A stretch of 64,000 nt of DNA from Amoebidium appalachense (GCA_963693365.1 CAVNZM010000016.1:62001-126000), one strand, 5' to 3'. Counted from the first letter of the stretch, positions 1 through 14,935 are shown. Program-made: numbers and translations. Notes: a model not told the origin generated them from the letters alone.

Positions 1-1120
<1,120 letters not shown>

Positions 1121-1128
<8 letters not shown>

Positions 1129-2305
1129 CGGTTTGGTCCGACACCTGTGGGGTTGGTTCCCACTTGTCGCTTACGGGGTCGTATGCACGACCTTCCGCCA
1201 GCGCGAACAGTTCGCAGAAGAGCTCGATTTCCATCTCGCATCGGCGTTTGCGCTCGAGCAGTTTCTCACCAGAAAACATTGGTTCCTTCGTGTCCGTGTC
1301 TATCACGCTCGTAGCATCGTTTTCCAACTTTGCGAGGAACTCTTTTGCCTTGCTGATGCGTACACGACAACGTGTGGCGCACGCATTCTTAGCAGACACT
1401 TTACGTTCTTTGTCTGCTTTCTGAATGTTTTCCGGCGCGCATGGGTCGTAGCTTGGGAGGTGGGTGAAGAAGCATCCACACCCCTTTGTCGCGTCACGGA
1501 TGAACGCACGGTTATAGTCGCCCCGTACTGCTACTTCCAGCACATCGTATCCAATGAAGGACAGACAAAGGATGCGAGAACACCGGAAGCCGAGAGCCTT
1601 GAAGATGGACCACATGGCCCTGTGTGGGCGTCTGCCGTGCTTGACTTTGAAATACACCCTCTCGTATTTGGGTGGGATGTTGATGCTACCGTTTGCTTGG
1701 GTGTTCCCCTTAGCCGGCGGTTTGGGAGGGGAGTTGCGGCGGTACTCGTTGCCTGCAAGAATGCTGGCATATGTTTCCTTGGCAATTTGGCGGAGCTCGG
1801 GTGTTTTACGAGAGTTCGCATATTCTAGGAACTCTGCCGGGAGCTGTGCTTCCGGTCCTGTGTTGTTTTGTGTTGGGGTGGAAATGTCTCCGTCGCGAGA
1901 TGTTTGCTCATGAGTTTTGGGGTTTTGCGATCCACTAATGTTTAGCTGGGCTGTGAGTGAATCAATGGTGAGCTTGAGTTGGGTATTTTCTGTTTGGAGT
2001 TTTTCTATCATGTTCTTGAGTGGTAACAGCTCATTTAGCTGTTTCTTAACGAGGGCAAGTTCTGCCAGTACTGTATCAACCGAAAGTTTCGGCATGGTTG
2101 TTATTGTGTTTCTACGGAGTGGTGTGGTGTTATTCTGAATGGGTAGTGTATTGTAAATAGGTGTTGCGCTTAGTCTAAGGCGATGTTTTTCTGGTTGTGC
2201 ATCTGTGGTAGGTGTATCTGCTGGACGTTTTAATGGTCGCACATGTGTGATGGGTGTAGATGGAACTTTGAAAGAGGTTCTGAAACGATTATAGGCATGT
2301 GCCAT
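1121..2305 (-). CDS. LINE ORF1 (gag-like, 394 aa)
   Basis: Intact ATG-started ORF with heptad coiled coil (LAELALVKKQLNELLPLKNMIEKLQTENTQLKLTIDSL) and a TYASI motif like the SYA motifs of non-LTR ORF1s; directly precedes the ORF2 start. Confidence 0.75.
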
Positions 2306-2410
2306 GACATGGATGGGGGTGTTCCCCGGCCCTTAGGGCCACGGATGGCCTGGTTTAGGGGTGGATGCGCGAAGGATACTATTTATTAGCAGATAATAAA
2401 AAGCGACATT

Positions 2411-2623
2411 TGAATCGATGTGTGCGACTGAATCGATGTGTGCGACTGAATCGATGTGTGCGACTGAATCGATGTGTGCGACTGAATCGATGTGTGCGAC
2501 TGAATCGATGTGTGCGACTGAATCGATGTGTGCGACTGAATCGATGTGTGCGACTGAATCGATGTGTGCGACTGAATCGATGTGTGCGACTGAATCGATG
2601 TGTGCGCTGAATCGATGTGTGCG
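2411..2623. repeat. 18-bp tandem repeat (tgaatcgatgtgtgcgac), ~12 copies
   Basis: 10 perfect units at 2411-2590 plus 2 variants. Confidence 0.97.
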
Positions 2624-3184
2624 GTGTTCTGAACAGCTAGTGTGTGCGTTAAAATGTGCTCGTGCATTTCGAATGCGACCGCCTTTTGTTTGGTGAGTGT
2701 CGGACCCAAAAGGTGATCCCGCAATAAGATCACGAGGTTTGCTTGTGTCATATGCATGAACAACCGCGCGCGCGGGCCACGCAATGTTTGTACATGTTAT
2801 CTAAAGGGAGTTCGTAGAAATCTTCTATAACTACGTATGTATAACTCAAACCCAAGTGGGGTGGATGGGTGTAATGTGTGTATTGTTTTGGGAGGGTGGA
2901 AGGGGGGAGGGGGAGGGGGGGGGGGGGGGGGTGTTTGTATGTACATGTGGACTTTGAGAGTCCCGCATGCCAGGTCGACCGGCCCAAAGATGTTGATAAC
3001 ATGTGTTTTGTGTGATCTCCTAATTAGAGGACGCCCCGACTGAATAGAGAGAGCACTCCGTCAATCATGTGCGGGCCGTGTCAGGTGAACATTCCTTGGC
3101 ACTGCTTGAGTTTCTTATGTTTTTATCCAATCGTTAGAGGCCCGCGTCATGCGGGCATTCCACAACTTGCGACCACACAGATGT

Positions 3185-4160
3185 AATTGGACTTCGGATT
3201 AAAAGTATGTATAATTGAAAGTAAATGTTGCTATGTAATAGCACTCTATGTCATAGTACTAGCGGGAGAAGGAAACGTGGTCTTTCAACAATAGGGATAT
3301 CACTAATTTGATTTTGTATGGTGCGGGGGGGAAAGGGGGGGGGGGGGGGGGGCTTTCACAGCGACGCGAGCCGACTGGGCGCGTTATGATGGTGACAGGG
3401 GCTCTGGTAGTCCGCCTTGATGTGGAAACGTGCGTGGAAAGTAATAGTCCAATCGGAAAAAGCCCGCGGCACACGAACATTCTATATGGAAGTGCATCAG
3501 GCAAACATTCCAGATAGCGGGTTTGCCAATCAAATTTGATAACGGGGCATAAAAATCATTATAACGGGACATAAGAAAAATGGCCCACAATTTATGCGTT
3601 CCATTCACTTATGCGCTCCATAACGGGCCATAAAAAATATTTTAACGGGACATAAGAAAAATGACACACAATTTATGCGCTCCATTCAAGGTATCGCGTG
3701 CGCTGTGTTTATATGTGGGGGGGGCTGGATTGCCATGACATTGCGAGGACACAGGTGTATGGACTTCGTTGTTGAATGGATTAAAATTATGTAGAATGGA
3801 AAGTAAATGTTGCTATGTAATAGTACTCTATGTAATAGTACTAGCGGGACGAGGAAACATGGTCCTTAAACAATAGGAAGATCATTGGGGAGGGGGGGGG
3901 GGGGGGAGGGGGGAGGCTTTTCACAGGGACGCCAGCCGGCGAGACGCGTTATCATGGTGCAGGGGACTCTGGTAATCCACCGTAGATTCTGGTTCATGTG
4001 GAAACATGTTGTAATCTTGCGTGTAGAGTAACAGCCCAATCGAAAGAAGCCCGCAGCACGCGAACATTCCATATGGAAGAACATCAGGCAAACATTCGAG
4101 ATAGCGGGTTTGCCAATCAAATTTGATAACTGGGCATAAAAATCAATTTATGCCGGTCAC
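3185..4160. repeat. Two diverged direct copies (~3185-3560 and ~3776-4160)
   Basis: Shared blocks aaagtaaatgttgctatgtaatag, ctagcggga, catcaggcaaacatt, gatagcgggtttgccaatcaaatttgataac. Confidence 0.85.
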
Positions 4161-4822
4161 ACCACTTTGGATGGCGTGTGTGTTCAAGATCTCGCGTGCA
4201 CTGTCTTTATATGTAACATTGCAACATTGCGATGGCACGTACGAGTGTGGGTGGAAGCGTGTGAGCGAATGTGCACGTTCGTGTTCGTGTGTGTGTGTGT
4301 GTGTGTGTGGGCTGGTGTACACATGTGTACATGGTTTTGTGTGTGTATGTGTGTTGGGTGTTGGGGTGTGTGCGTGTGTGTGTGTGTGTGGGGGGTACGT
4401 CCGTCCAAAGGCCATACATTTTTTGGGAGGGGGGAGGAGGGGGGGAGGGGGGGGGGGGGGGGATTGCGAGGGAGATTGTGGATACCGTTAACACAATTGT
4501 CATTGCATCCACGCACGACGCTCGCATACGTAGTGCCCGTGCAGACTATCTGGAGGCCGCCGATGAACTTCAGGCTTACCTGCAGCTAGGAATGATTGCA
4601 CAGTGCTCTAGGTTGTACTGAATCGTTTAGTGTTGGATGTTGGTTTTGGACTTCACGAAATGGTCTGTTGGTATATAATGGCTTGTGTGCTCCCTGTTCT
4701 TTATGTTTTCACTGTACCACCATATCTTTGTGGAAAGGCGATTTGTGTTACTAGGTTTCGGATTTACATTGCATTCCCATTACTAAATAGCGGTTGGCCT
4801 GTTTTACAAACGTAACCTGTAC

Positions 4823-5764
4823 TACGTAGACGACTGGATTATAGTCGCCCCCACACAAGAGCAGTGCCAACGTCACCTATCCACCTTCCTGCAACTCTGC
4901 CGAGAGCTGCACATTGCCATCTCCGAAGACAAGATGCAGGGCCCGGCTACCCGTGTCGTCTTCATCGGTATCGAATTCGACTCCATCGCCATGGAGGCAC
5001 GAATCCCGGCTTCCAAGCTCTCGGACCTACTCGACCTCACTTCCCACCCAAAGCCCACCATCACCATTCGGGACCTCCAGTCCCTCCTCGGCAAACTCAC
5101 CTGGTGTGCCCAGCTGGTTCCCCCCGGGAGGGCCTTCTCCCAGCGCCTATGGGCCCTTCTCCGGACCCACCCACACCTTGCCGGCCACCACCACATACGA
5201 CTGACTGCTGCCGCCCGGGCCGACATAGCCGAATGGCACCAGTTCCTCACATCATGGAATGGGGTGCACCTCATCACACCCCCCACATACACCACCCTGG
5301 CCACCGATGCTGCCGGATCGGTGGGTCTAGGAGGCCACTGGCTCGACCAATGGTTCTTCATGCCCTGGTCCCCCTCCACCCAAGCCCTCTATGCTCATGA
5401 GGGTAAACTCGGTTCTTCCGTCATCGAACTCCTGGCCATCGCAGCCGCCGTGGCCCTCTGGGCCCCCTCTTGGTCCACCCACCATGTCCGTAATTTATGC
5501 GACAACACGGGTGCTGTGTCTGACCTACACTCCCGGTCTTCCCCCCACCCCGTGATGGCCAAACTTATTCGGTTCATCACCCGCATGGAAATGCAATACC
5601 AATTTACGTTACAGGCATCCTACCTACCAGGACCCCTCAACCATCTGGCCGATGCCATTTCTCGTAACCAACTTCCCCGGGCCCGACGACTCCGACCTTC
5701 CCTGCAACCGGAGCCCTGCCCCTTCCCCTCCTGGGTCCACGAGTTCCTATCCCTTCCCTTGGGC

Positions 5765-5767
<3 letters not shown>
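4823..5767 (+). pseudogene. pol: pol fragment (RT from YVDD plus RNase H)
   Basis: YVDDW, FIGIEFDS, LLGKLTW; RNase H motifs TDAA, IELLA, CDN, NHLADAISR. The 5' end is missing. Confidence 0.9.
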
Positions 5768-5801
<34 letters not shown>

Positions 5802-5803
5802 AG

Positions 5804-6864
5804 ATCTCCCGTTCCGGAGCAACGCTGGCAGATTGGCCCCCCACTTTGCTCCGGCCGAGCTGCTTCGAGCCACCACTACCCTGCAGGAATGCCAGGCCCT
5901 GAGTCTCAACCTCGACTCTCGGGCCTTTTACTCCCGGGTGCAGAAAGTGTTCATCGATTTCTGTGTGGCATCTCGGCTGCAATCCCCCTCCGGGTCCTCC
6001 CTCCCGGCCTCCCCACACACCGTGCAACTTTTTCTCGCCTGGTGTGCCCAACGAGGGGTACAGGCCTCTTCCTTAACCGGCCACAATTCGGCCATCACCA
6101 GGCTCCACCTCGACATGGGCCTCCCTGCTCCCTACCCCCACGACAAGTCTCTGGCCTGGTTCCTACGGGGGGTGGGCAGATGGCAGCTTTCTCACAACAT
6201 CCGACCCCGCTCATCAACCAGGGAACCCCTCCTGCCCTCCCACCTCAGCCTACTTCATGGCCAGTGCCCCACAAAGGCCTCCTCGGCCAATCTCCGGCTA
6301 TGGACAGCCCTCATCGTCGGTTTCTGTGGTCTCCTCCGGTCAGGGGAATTTACCTCCAAGACCCTGACTTCTTTCAACCCGTCCCGTCACGTTAAACGGA
6401 AAGACGTGACCTTCACCTACACCCCCACCGGTACTTTGTCCCATGCCACCCTCCACCTGCCAACCTCTAAGACGGATGTACAGGCCCGAGGTGTCAACGT
6501 CACTCTAGCTGCCCTGCCCCTCACCCACTTCTCCCCAGCCCATCTCCTCCGGCAGTTCCTGGATACAACGTCCGGTCAACCCGACGACCCCCTCTTCAGT
6601 CTCGGTGGCATCCCCTACACCAAGAGTGCTTTCTCTGCCGACTTCCGTGCCCTCCTCTCCCGGGCAGGCCTCTCACCCTCCCGGTTTGCCGGACACAGCC
6701 TCCGCATCGGGGGGGCCACAGCACTGGCTGAGGCCGGGGTCGACGACTCCCGGATCAAACAACTCGGCAGGTGGTCCTCCGACTGTTTCCTGATCTATAC
6801 ACGACTTCGTCCGGCCTCCATTGCTGCCACTACCACACGTGTATTCGCCTCTATTCTTAAGTGA
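5804..6864 (+). CDS. Tyrosine recombinase (no N-terminal ATG)
   Basis: Catalytic set LLRSGE, SKTD, GHSLRIG, GRWSSD..Y; uninterrupted frame. Confidence 0.92.
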
Positions 6865-7851
6865 AACCTTTGGAGCAAGCATACTGCTCTCGTGCCGTGG
6901 TTTACAACCATTGCAGGTTCACTTTCGTCCAAGGGGATGTCCCCCTAGAGGCAACACACGTCCCGGAGTAGTTTTCATAGAGGTTTTATTTGTGGAAATT
7001 ATTGACATAAATATTTTTCTGGGTAAACACGTAGGATGGGTGTCCGATATCAACAGGCTTTGTTTCATGTTTTAGCAGTTCGCGTTCGGCTGCCCGCATA
7101 CGGGCACCTATTAGCCGATCAAAACATCAGATTCCACAGATCACTAGACCGAGTCTGATTGGCTCAGGATAAGATTTCACATAACACTAGATCGGTTTTG
7201 ATTGGCTCAGTTCGGTAGCCGTAGGCATATAAGCACGACAGTTTTTAGCAGATCAGCAGGCAACAACACATCTTTACAGCTATATTTTCTTTTCACCCAC
7301 CCACCTACACCCTACACTCAACCCCCATTGATCCCCACATACGTGCTGCTTTTTCACGGGGCGAAGACTTCCCCCGTTTTTTGGGCACAAGGACCTCACG
7401 GATCAATAAATTGATGACTGGGGGCCTGCCGTGGTTTACAACCATTGCAGGTTCACTTTCGTCCAAGGGGATGTCCCCCTAGAGGCAACACACGTCCCGG
7501 AGTAGTTTTCATAGATTTCGGATTTACATTGCTTTCCCATTACTAAATAGCGGTTGGCCTGTTTTACAAACGTAACCTGTGCTGATGCCCACTTGTAGTG
7601 TTGGGTGCCAGGTGTGATAAGTATTTGCAGGACAATGTCAAGCCATTCACGCCCGTATTGAAAATAAAAAGAAAACTCATGTGAACACATTCTGTGGCTC
7701 GATCCAAGGTCCCCCCCCCCCCCCCCCCCCCCCCCTTCCCCTCCACACACACACACACGCACACACACACACACTCACACACGCCCACCCCGGCCCAGTC
7801 TGACAGTGAAGCTAGACTGGCACTGTTTCCTAATGGGGCACATTGTAACAC

Positions 7852-7980
7852 GTTTGAGACAAGAGTGCTTCTAACAAAACACCAATGCAGTGTGGTACAC
7901 CCCGTGCAGCAAGCTTTTCCCATAAGAGACCAGGGGAGACAGAATCGTAAGAAGTTTTCCGTTCAATAAAACCAACATAT
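7852..7980 (-). mobile_element. ~129-bp internal LINE RT fragment
   Basis: Matches 31720-31848 (YDSVSPGLLWEKLAARGVPHCIGVLLEALLSQT). Confidence 0.9.
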
Positions 7981-8099
7981 CCGTATTGAAAATAAAAAGG
8001 AAACTCATGTGAGCACATTCTGTGGTTCGATCCAAGGTTCCCCCCCCCACACTTCCTCCCCTGCTCCCTCCAGGGTCTCATCCTACAGTCTCCTCCTCA

Positions 8100-8160
8100 A
8101 GTTCTCTCTCTCCTCTCTCTCTCTCTCTCTTTCTGTCTCAGAGTCTCTCTCCCTTTCTCC

Positions 8161-8228
<68 letters not shown>

Positions 8229-8900
8229 CCCTAACCCCCTATATACTTATATATACATATGGCGGTATATCATATATATATATATATATATATATATCAT
8301 ATAAGGCTTATATATACATATGGCGGTATATATATATCTATATTTATATTTATATATCTACCCATCTCTCTCTCAAGCTCTCTCACACACACACACACAC
8401 TCTCTCTCTCTCAGTCTCTCTCTCGCTCTCTCCCCCCCTCCCCCCCCCCCCTCTCCCTCTCCATCTCCCTCTCTCACCCTTTCTCCGTCTCCCCCTCCCC
8501 CTCTCCCTCCCTCATTCTTTCTCTGTCTCCCCCTCTCCCTTGCGTCTCTGTCTCTCTCTCTCTCATCCCTTTCTCCGTCAGCCTCAGAGTCCGAGGCTCT
8601 CCCCGCCCCTCCCCCTTCCCCCCCCCCCCCCCCATTCCTAAGAGTCCCCAGGCCAAAGCTCTATCAATTCCTCTGGTCACGGCCCTTGGCCAGTCCAAGT
8701 CTCCCTCCCTCAGTATCTCATTTCCCCCCCCTCCTTCCCTCTCCCTCCCAGTCTCTCTCGAAGTTCACTTTCCCCCCTCTCCCTTTTCCCTCCCGCCCTC
8801 TCTCAGAGTCCCTTCCTCCCATCCTCAGGTCTCCCTTCGATTCCCTCAAAGCCTTCTCTCTTCTCCCTCCCTTCTCCCCCCCCCCCCCCCCCCCCCCCCC
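8100..8900. repeat. (CT)n/(AT)n/poly-C low-complexity tract
   Basis: Directly visible. Confidence 0.9.
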
Positions 8901-8924
8901 ATATCGTGTGTTTACACTGAGGCG

Positions 8925-9575
8925 AAATATTTTTGTATAATGTACATGTGGCGTACAGTATGCACCCGGGCCCCATATGTACACACAGTAGATGACGACT
9001 GATCAAGGTTGTACGTTAATGTTTGCGTACTCCCAAAGTTTACGCTCGATAACCTCATGCGACTTGGCGGCCCCGGGCCACTCGATCGACGACCATGTAC
9101 ATGTGCGGCATATGCTAACTCCGATTTTCGGTGCACGTGCGCCAGCACCATTAAGTCGTATGATACTGCTGCGTTCCTATTGGACATACCATATTCCTCG
9201 AAATGACACCTGATCACGCGTGTTTAGATGTCGATCGCGGACTACCAGAGCCCGGAGAACGAGGTGATTTATGCTAACGCTGCTAAACCAAGATCGTTCC
9301 GTAACACGGTTTCGTCTTGCGGTAGAGATCATACACCCCCCCCCCCCCCCCCCTCTCCCCCCCCCACGCCCCCCTCCCCTCCCCCCCCCCCCCCCCCCCC
9401 CCCCCCCGGGCCCCTGAACAACGCAAACTATCACAGGCGCGTACTGTCAATATTTTTGTGTAATGTACATGCGGCGTACAGTATGCACCCCGTATGTACA
9501 CACGGTAGATGACGACTGATCAAGGTTGTACGTTAATGTTTGCGTACTTTCAAAGTTTACCCTCGATATTAACCT
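8925..9575. repeat. ~130-bp direct repeat (8925-9060 and 9448-9577)
   Basis: gtagatgacgactgatcaaggttgtacgttaatgtttgcgtact is present twice. Confidence 0.85.
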
Positions 9576-9779
9576 CACGAGACGCCGCCATAAAAGAACC
9601 ATGTTGAACAGCGAAAAACCATCGCCCAACGAGGGAGAATTCCTATTGGCGCATGCAGTACAATGCATGTCATATAAAAGCAGGATACACTCACGACCGC
9701 GCCACAATCAGACATGTGTTGTAGTACATTGTGTACAGTGGTCCTTGGGTGAGTACCATGATATAGCCTAATCAACGCA

Positions 9780-10103
9780 ATGGCTTTAAGTTTGGCGAAC
9801 GTGCAAAGGGTGGTGCTCAAGCCCGCCAGGAAGTACTCGGGTCAGAAACGACCTCCCGGTGCACAGACAACACGCACGAAAAGGCGAGACACAGCCCTTT
9901 CTGACGAAAACATAGAGTTGGCCGCATCGACCCGAACTTCAAGGTGTTGCTCAAAGGGCAGATGTTTGGAATTGCACCCGTACTCGATTGACCAGGTTCG
10001 GGAGTCACGAACACTTTTATTTGAGATGTACAGCCCGGCCGAAAGGAGAGTAAAACTGTGGGAGCTGGCTACAGCCCTAACACACGGGGATCGTTTGATC
10101 TAA
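9780..10103 (+). pseudogene. Coding-like remnant with CC-x4-C motif; possibly a DNA-transposase N-terminus
   Basis: RCCSKGRCLE..IDQVR, with normal amino-acid composition amid low-complexity DNA. The family assignment is a guess. Confidence 0.3.
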
Positions 10104-10602
10104 CAAGAACCCTAGAATTCATACACCGAAAGAGAGAGTTGGCCCAGGCTGGAGGAGCAGAACCAGAACAGGTACACACGCACACACACACACACACACG
10201 CACACACACGCACACACACACGCACACGCACACGCACACACACGCACATACACACAACACACACACGTAGACACAAACACACACTCGCATACATTTGCAA
10301 ATAGTTAGGAACACTATTGAACAAATGAACTCATTAAAGGACATGATTTGCATGACTTGTGTAAGGCCAATACCGTCCTAGAACCGGCAACCCCCCCCCC
10401 CCCCCCCCCCCCCCTCTCTCTCTCTCCCCCCCCCCCCCCCCCCCCTTCCTTCAAACACACAAACACCCTCATACACACAACGTGACCCACCCTGCCCTGG
10501 TATGTGCTGTTAGGTACGGTTGCACAATGACATGGTCAATTTTATAGAAGTTTGCATGACGCGCATTTCCCCTTTAATAACTAACCAATACATACCAAAC
10601 AG

Positions 10603-10829
10603 GTGGCTGTCGAGCCGGAGCCGATTGAGGATCCGCTGCCCAGCTTGCGGCAGGACAAGCCCTTCAAAGCACCATGCTCAGGGGCGTACCGGGGCCCTGG
10701 GAAACGGGCACGCTTGGCAGAGTGGAAGAATCCAAGCCCGTACTCAAAGCCAAGAAGGGTGAAATTGTTCTCATAATTGTCAACCCCACCGACAGCTACA
10801 ACCCCGAGGCCATCCCCGAACCGGCGAAG
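10603..10829 (+). other. Probable exon of an unidentified, likely degenerate gene
   Basis: CTAAC (10581)...CAG| acceptor and AAG|GT donor flank GC-rich coding-like sequence. Confidence 0.45.
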
Positions 10830-10871
<42 letters not shown>

Positions 10872-11705
10872 CCTCACCCCCCCCCCCCCCCCCCCCACAA
10901 ACCCCCTTCCCCCCCACCCTCACCCCCCCTCCCCCTCTTTCTCCCCCCTCCCCCCTTCCTCCTGCCTTTCTCAAAACCCCCCCCCCTCGCCCCACCCTTC
11001 GCCCCCCCCCCCCCCCCCCCCACCGTGACCCGCCCATATTCACTTTAAACCCCTACACCCTCATACACACACCGTACCCGTCCTACTTCCATTCTCCCAC
11101 TCTCCTCCCCTTGTATCCTTCGAGATCACTTTCTTCAACATGATTGAAGCAGAATCCGTTAACATATCGGCTGTTACTGTATACTTTACTATGGTAACTG
11201 TTGTGGAGTTCTGTTCCATAAATAGATGTGGAGACTGCATCGACTTTAGTACTAAGTTTTTAAAACCTTCCTCCCCCCCCCCCCCCCCCCCCACCACCAC
11301 CACCCCCACCCCCACCCCCCACCCCCCCCCCCTTCTCCACCCCCTTTCCCCCCTCAACTCTCTCCTCAACCCTCAACACCCCTAGACATACATGCACTTA
11401 AAATTATGCCCGGCACGAGTCACAAGTCTCACAAACACCTTCAAAGTGTCTTCTCAGTCCACATCGTCATTCAATAGACCCGCAAACCGTTGGACTTTGT
11501 TATGGCCCAAAATCATGGAAACACACCCTAGAATCCTGTACCTCGTTTACTTGTATGTTGTGTCTGTATTCTCCCCCCCCCCCCAAAAAAAAAAAACAAA
11601 AACAAAAAAAAAAACATACCCACATCCCATCCCACCACCCACCAACACTAACCCTTCATTATGTGTGTTTCTCTCAGCGACAATCTGTCTCTCCTACAAA
11701 TAGTC

Positions 11706-11769
11706 TGACATATTATGAGATAGCATGAATCCCATTAGCAAACCCTTCATGCTATCTCATAATATGTCA
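11706..11769. repeat. Perfect 24-bp inverted repeat with a 16-bp spacer
   Basis: tgacatattatgagatagcatgaa ... ttcatgctatctcataatatgtca. Confidence 0.95.
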
Positions 11770-12309
11770 AACAGTTCCTCACGGCCAATCCCCCCTCCCC
11801 CCCCCCCCCCCATCCCCACCCCACCCCCACCCCCTCCACCACGCACACCCCCACACATCCCCACACACACGCACATGCGCTAAAACACTATACCGTATAG
11901 GTGCACCAGCCGTAGACGAATCCCCTGAGGAGCAGGATGGTGCAGACTCACCCGATTCAGGTGAGGACCCCCCCCCCCCCCCCCCAAAAAAAAAAAAAAA
12001 AAAAAGAATAAAAAATAAAATAAAAAATAAAAAATAAAAAGAACAAAAGCAAAACAAAACAAATAAATAAAAGAAAACCATAACCCTATAATCCTGTTCC
12101 TGACTTTCTTGCTTCTTGATCTTGCAAAAAGGTAAAATGAACACGATTGAATGACAGGAGTGTAACTTGCTTAGGCCAATACCATCCCCGAACTGACAAC
12201 CCATATTTGATCAACCCAAAACAATACGTTTCCGAGCTTTAAAGCAGATAATTTAAACATGTACACAGAGACAGACGTCCACACATGCACATGCACATGC
12301 ACATGAACA

Positions 12310-12401
<92 letters not shown>

Positions 12402-12476
12402 AACCAGCACACGGCCAATGACATGCACGGGTGCCCCCCCCCCCCCCCCACATGGCATACCCCCCCTCCCCCCCCC

Positions 12477-12507
<31 letters not shown>

Positions 12508-13080
12508 ATCAGACCACCACAAACACCACAACCACCACCACCTCCACATTTCCTATGGGCATGGGCAGAAAAACGACAATGGTGATAAAATTTTCGACTT
12601 GAAAGAAGTTACAAACTCCTTCTGAGGCTTCCCCACCCACACCAACAAAATCATTTCGAATCATTATCTGAGCATTGGCTCTGAACTCGGACTGACATTC
12701 ACAATGCAGACATCAACAGCGCAGAGAGCAATAGCAACAACGACAACATCAAGAACCCCGGCAGTGTGGCCAGCAAATCAGATGGTGACACCAACAGTCT
12801 CCAAAACGACGTGTCAAGTGATTTAGAAAACGAACCGTTCGTGATGTCAAAGACGGGTACGTATCTCGACTGGCATTATTCCATAGCCTGTTTCCATAGC
12901 CTGTTTGTGGTGATGCTAAACGGGCTTTTGGGAGACAAATGTCTATGCCATTTTCTGTGCAGTGTATGTGCATTTGCATGTCCGAGTGAAATAGGGAGAT
13001 TCGGAGATAGGGAGGTAGGGCTAAGAGGGAGAGAGAGAGACGGGGGAGGGGAGGGGGGGGGGGGGGGGGAGGGGGGGGAG

Positions 13081-13173
<93 letters not shown>

Positions 13174-14935
13174 GGGGGGGGAGAGCGACAGTGAGTGAGA
13201 GGGGGAGAAGAGATGATGATAGAGAGGGAGATAGAGATAGAGATAGACAGCAAGAGAGAGAGTGACAGAGAGAAAGCTTGTGTGAGTGTGTGTGTGAAAT
13301 TCATGAAGCACGTATGCAGGAATTTTTGAGGGTTGGTTGTAACTAAAGTTGTATCGTTACCCATCAGGACAAACACACAAGCGCCGAGCATCTACGGAGG
13401 TGCCAGTCCCCGCAAAACGACCAAGGGTACCCATATACAGCATCAAGAAAAAAATACCATCCTTCGGAAACCCTCGCAAGGGATAGTAATATTCTGTATG
13501 GTGTCTGTTTTTACTCGAATGACCGTCAATAGACCTTCACACGAATGCGTATGGTATTGCTATCCTTGGAATGAAATCGTAATTGGCATACTTCGTTATA
13601 GCAAACTGCCTCCACGGTGTAGATATGTTGACTTACGACAAAGAGTCCTGGCCTCTCCATTGTGTTAAACGACCTTATATGAATGAGAGATTCTTCTTGT
13701 TATGAATATATTTCGGCAACGGACACCCTGGAAATTTCGTAGTATGTCTTTTGTCTGTTTTCTTTCGATGAATTCAAACGGTCCCAGTGTACTTCATATA
13801 CAAAACCACCCCGTACTTTCAAAGTCTGGTCGATATTTTGAGCATTTACAATATGTGGTTGATTAGTATGTTCTGCTCTAGGAAATGGACTCTCAGAATC
13901 CATGAAGTCTGTTTTTCTTTCTACTTATGAGTGCGTTACGATGGTGTCTGCAGGGAGAAGTAGACTCTCAGAGTCCAGGGAATGTGTTTTACCTTCTTCA
14001 TATGAATGCATTTTGATGGTGTCTTGCAGGGGGATTAGACTCTCAGAGTCCCCTGACCATGATTTTATATTCCATAGACGTTCGTTCTGAGTCCGTTATC
14101 CATTTCTCTTCTGCTTGTCCCAATCTCCAGACACATGTTTTCCCTTCTTATTTTCAGGTGTTGGTTCGTGAAATTTGGCACACTGCATGGTCTTCCTGGT
14201 AACCCTGTAAGCACAAATAGGCGCGCGGCAAGCATGTAAGCATGTGTTAGCTCATGTATGATCTATCGAAAACGGTAAACCACAGGCCTGTCTGCCGATT
14301 TTGCTTGTATCTAAGCCGGCTAGAATAATTCTCCGGTTCCCTGTGTACATATATGAAATCGGTCCATTTAATAAGATTGGAAGGCAGGTGTGTTCTGCCG
14401 GCAGTGCCGGCAGGGTTTTGGTTTAAACCTGAGATGAGCTATAATGACAGTGTTCGACTGGTGTTTCCTTCCCTTCCCTTCCCTTTGCATCTTGCCTCCG
14501 TGTTTGCCGATTGCCTTTTGACATCAGTAAATCATTCCCATTTCATGGGAAGTTGCACCTACCGGTCCTAGCATTTTACTATACAGACAACTATATACAT
14601 AGGCTGTTGTGGATTACCCAACATTGTAAAGTTTACAATTTCTCCCATTATGTGTTTCCTGTGTGGGTGTTGGTGTGTGTGTTGCGTGTACGTACACGTA
14701 AGCATGTGTGTATGTGGTGATGAGGAAAGGGGGTATTCTCCATTAGCAGCAAATAAAACCGAATTCGACAATGAAAAATCTGAAATGACTTGAGGAAGTG
14801 GGAAGCTGAATGTATACTGGATAACCATGCATGTACCGTTTCTCTGAGTGATAAGGATTTGATGTCTTGTGTGGTTATGTGTTGGTGATTCGTACGTGGG
14901 ACAACAGGGGGAGGTGGGAGGGAGGGAGTGGGAGT

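Larger units (their letters stand above)
4821..7514 (+). mobile_element. Ngaro-like YR retrotransposon, 5'-truncated (pol fragment, YR, B1 6893-6980, A2 6984-7295, B2 7427-7514)
   Basis: Near identical to 48219-50680 and to the reverse complement of 50681-53168; split direct repeats are visible directly. Confidence 0.93.

Noticed and set aside
2411-2623. CRISPR-like array
   Set aside because: Contiguous repeats with no spacers, no cas genes, eukaryotic context. The same applies to the 183-bp and 359-bp arrays.
5804-6864. Phage integrase / prophage
   Set aside because: Embedded with gag, RT/RNase H and split direct repeats, so it is a retrotransposon YR.
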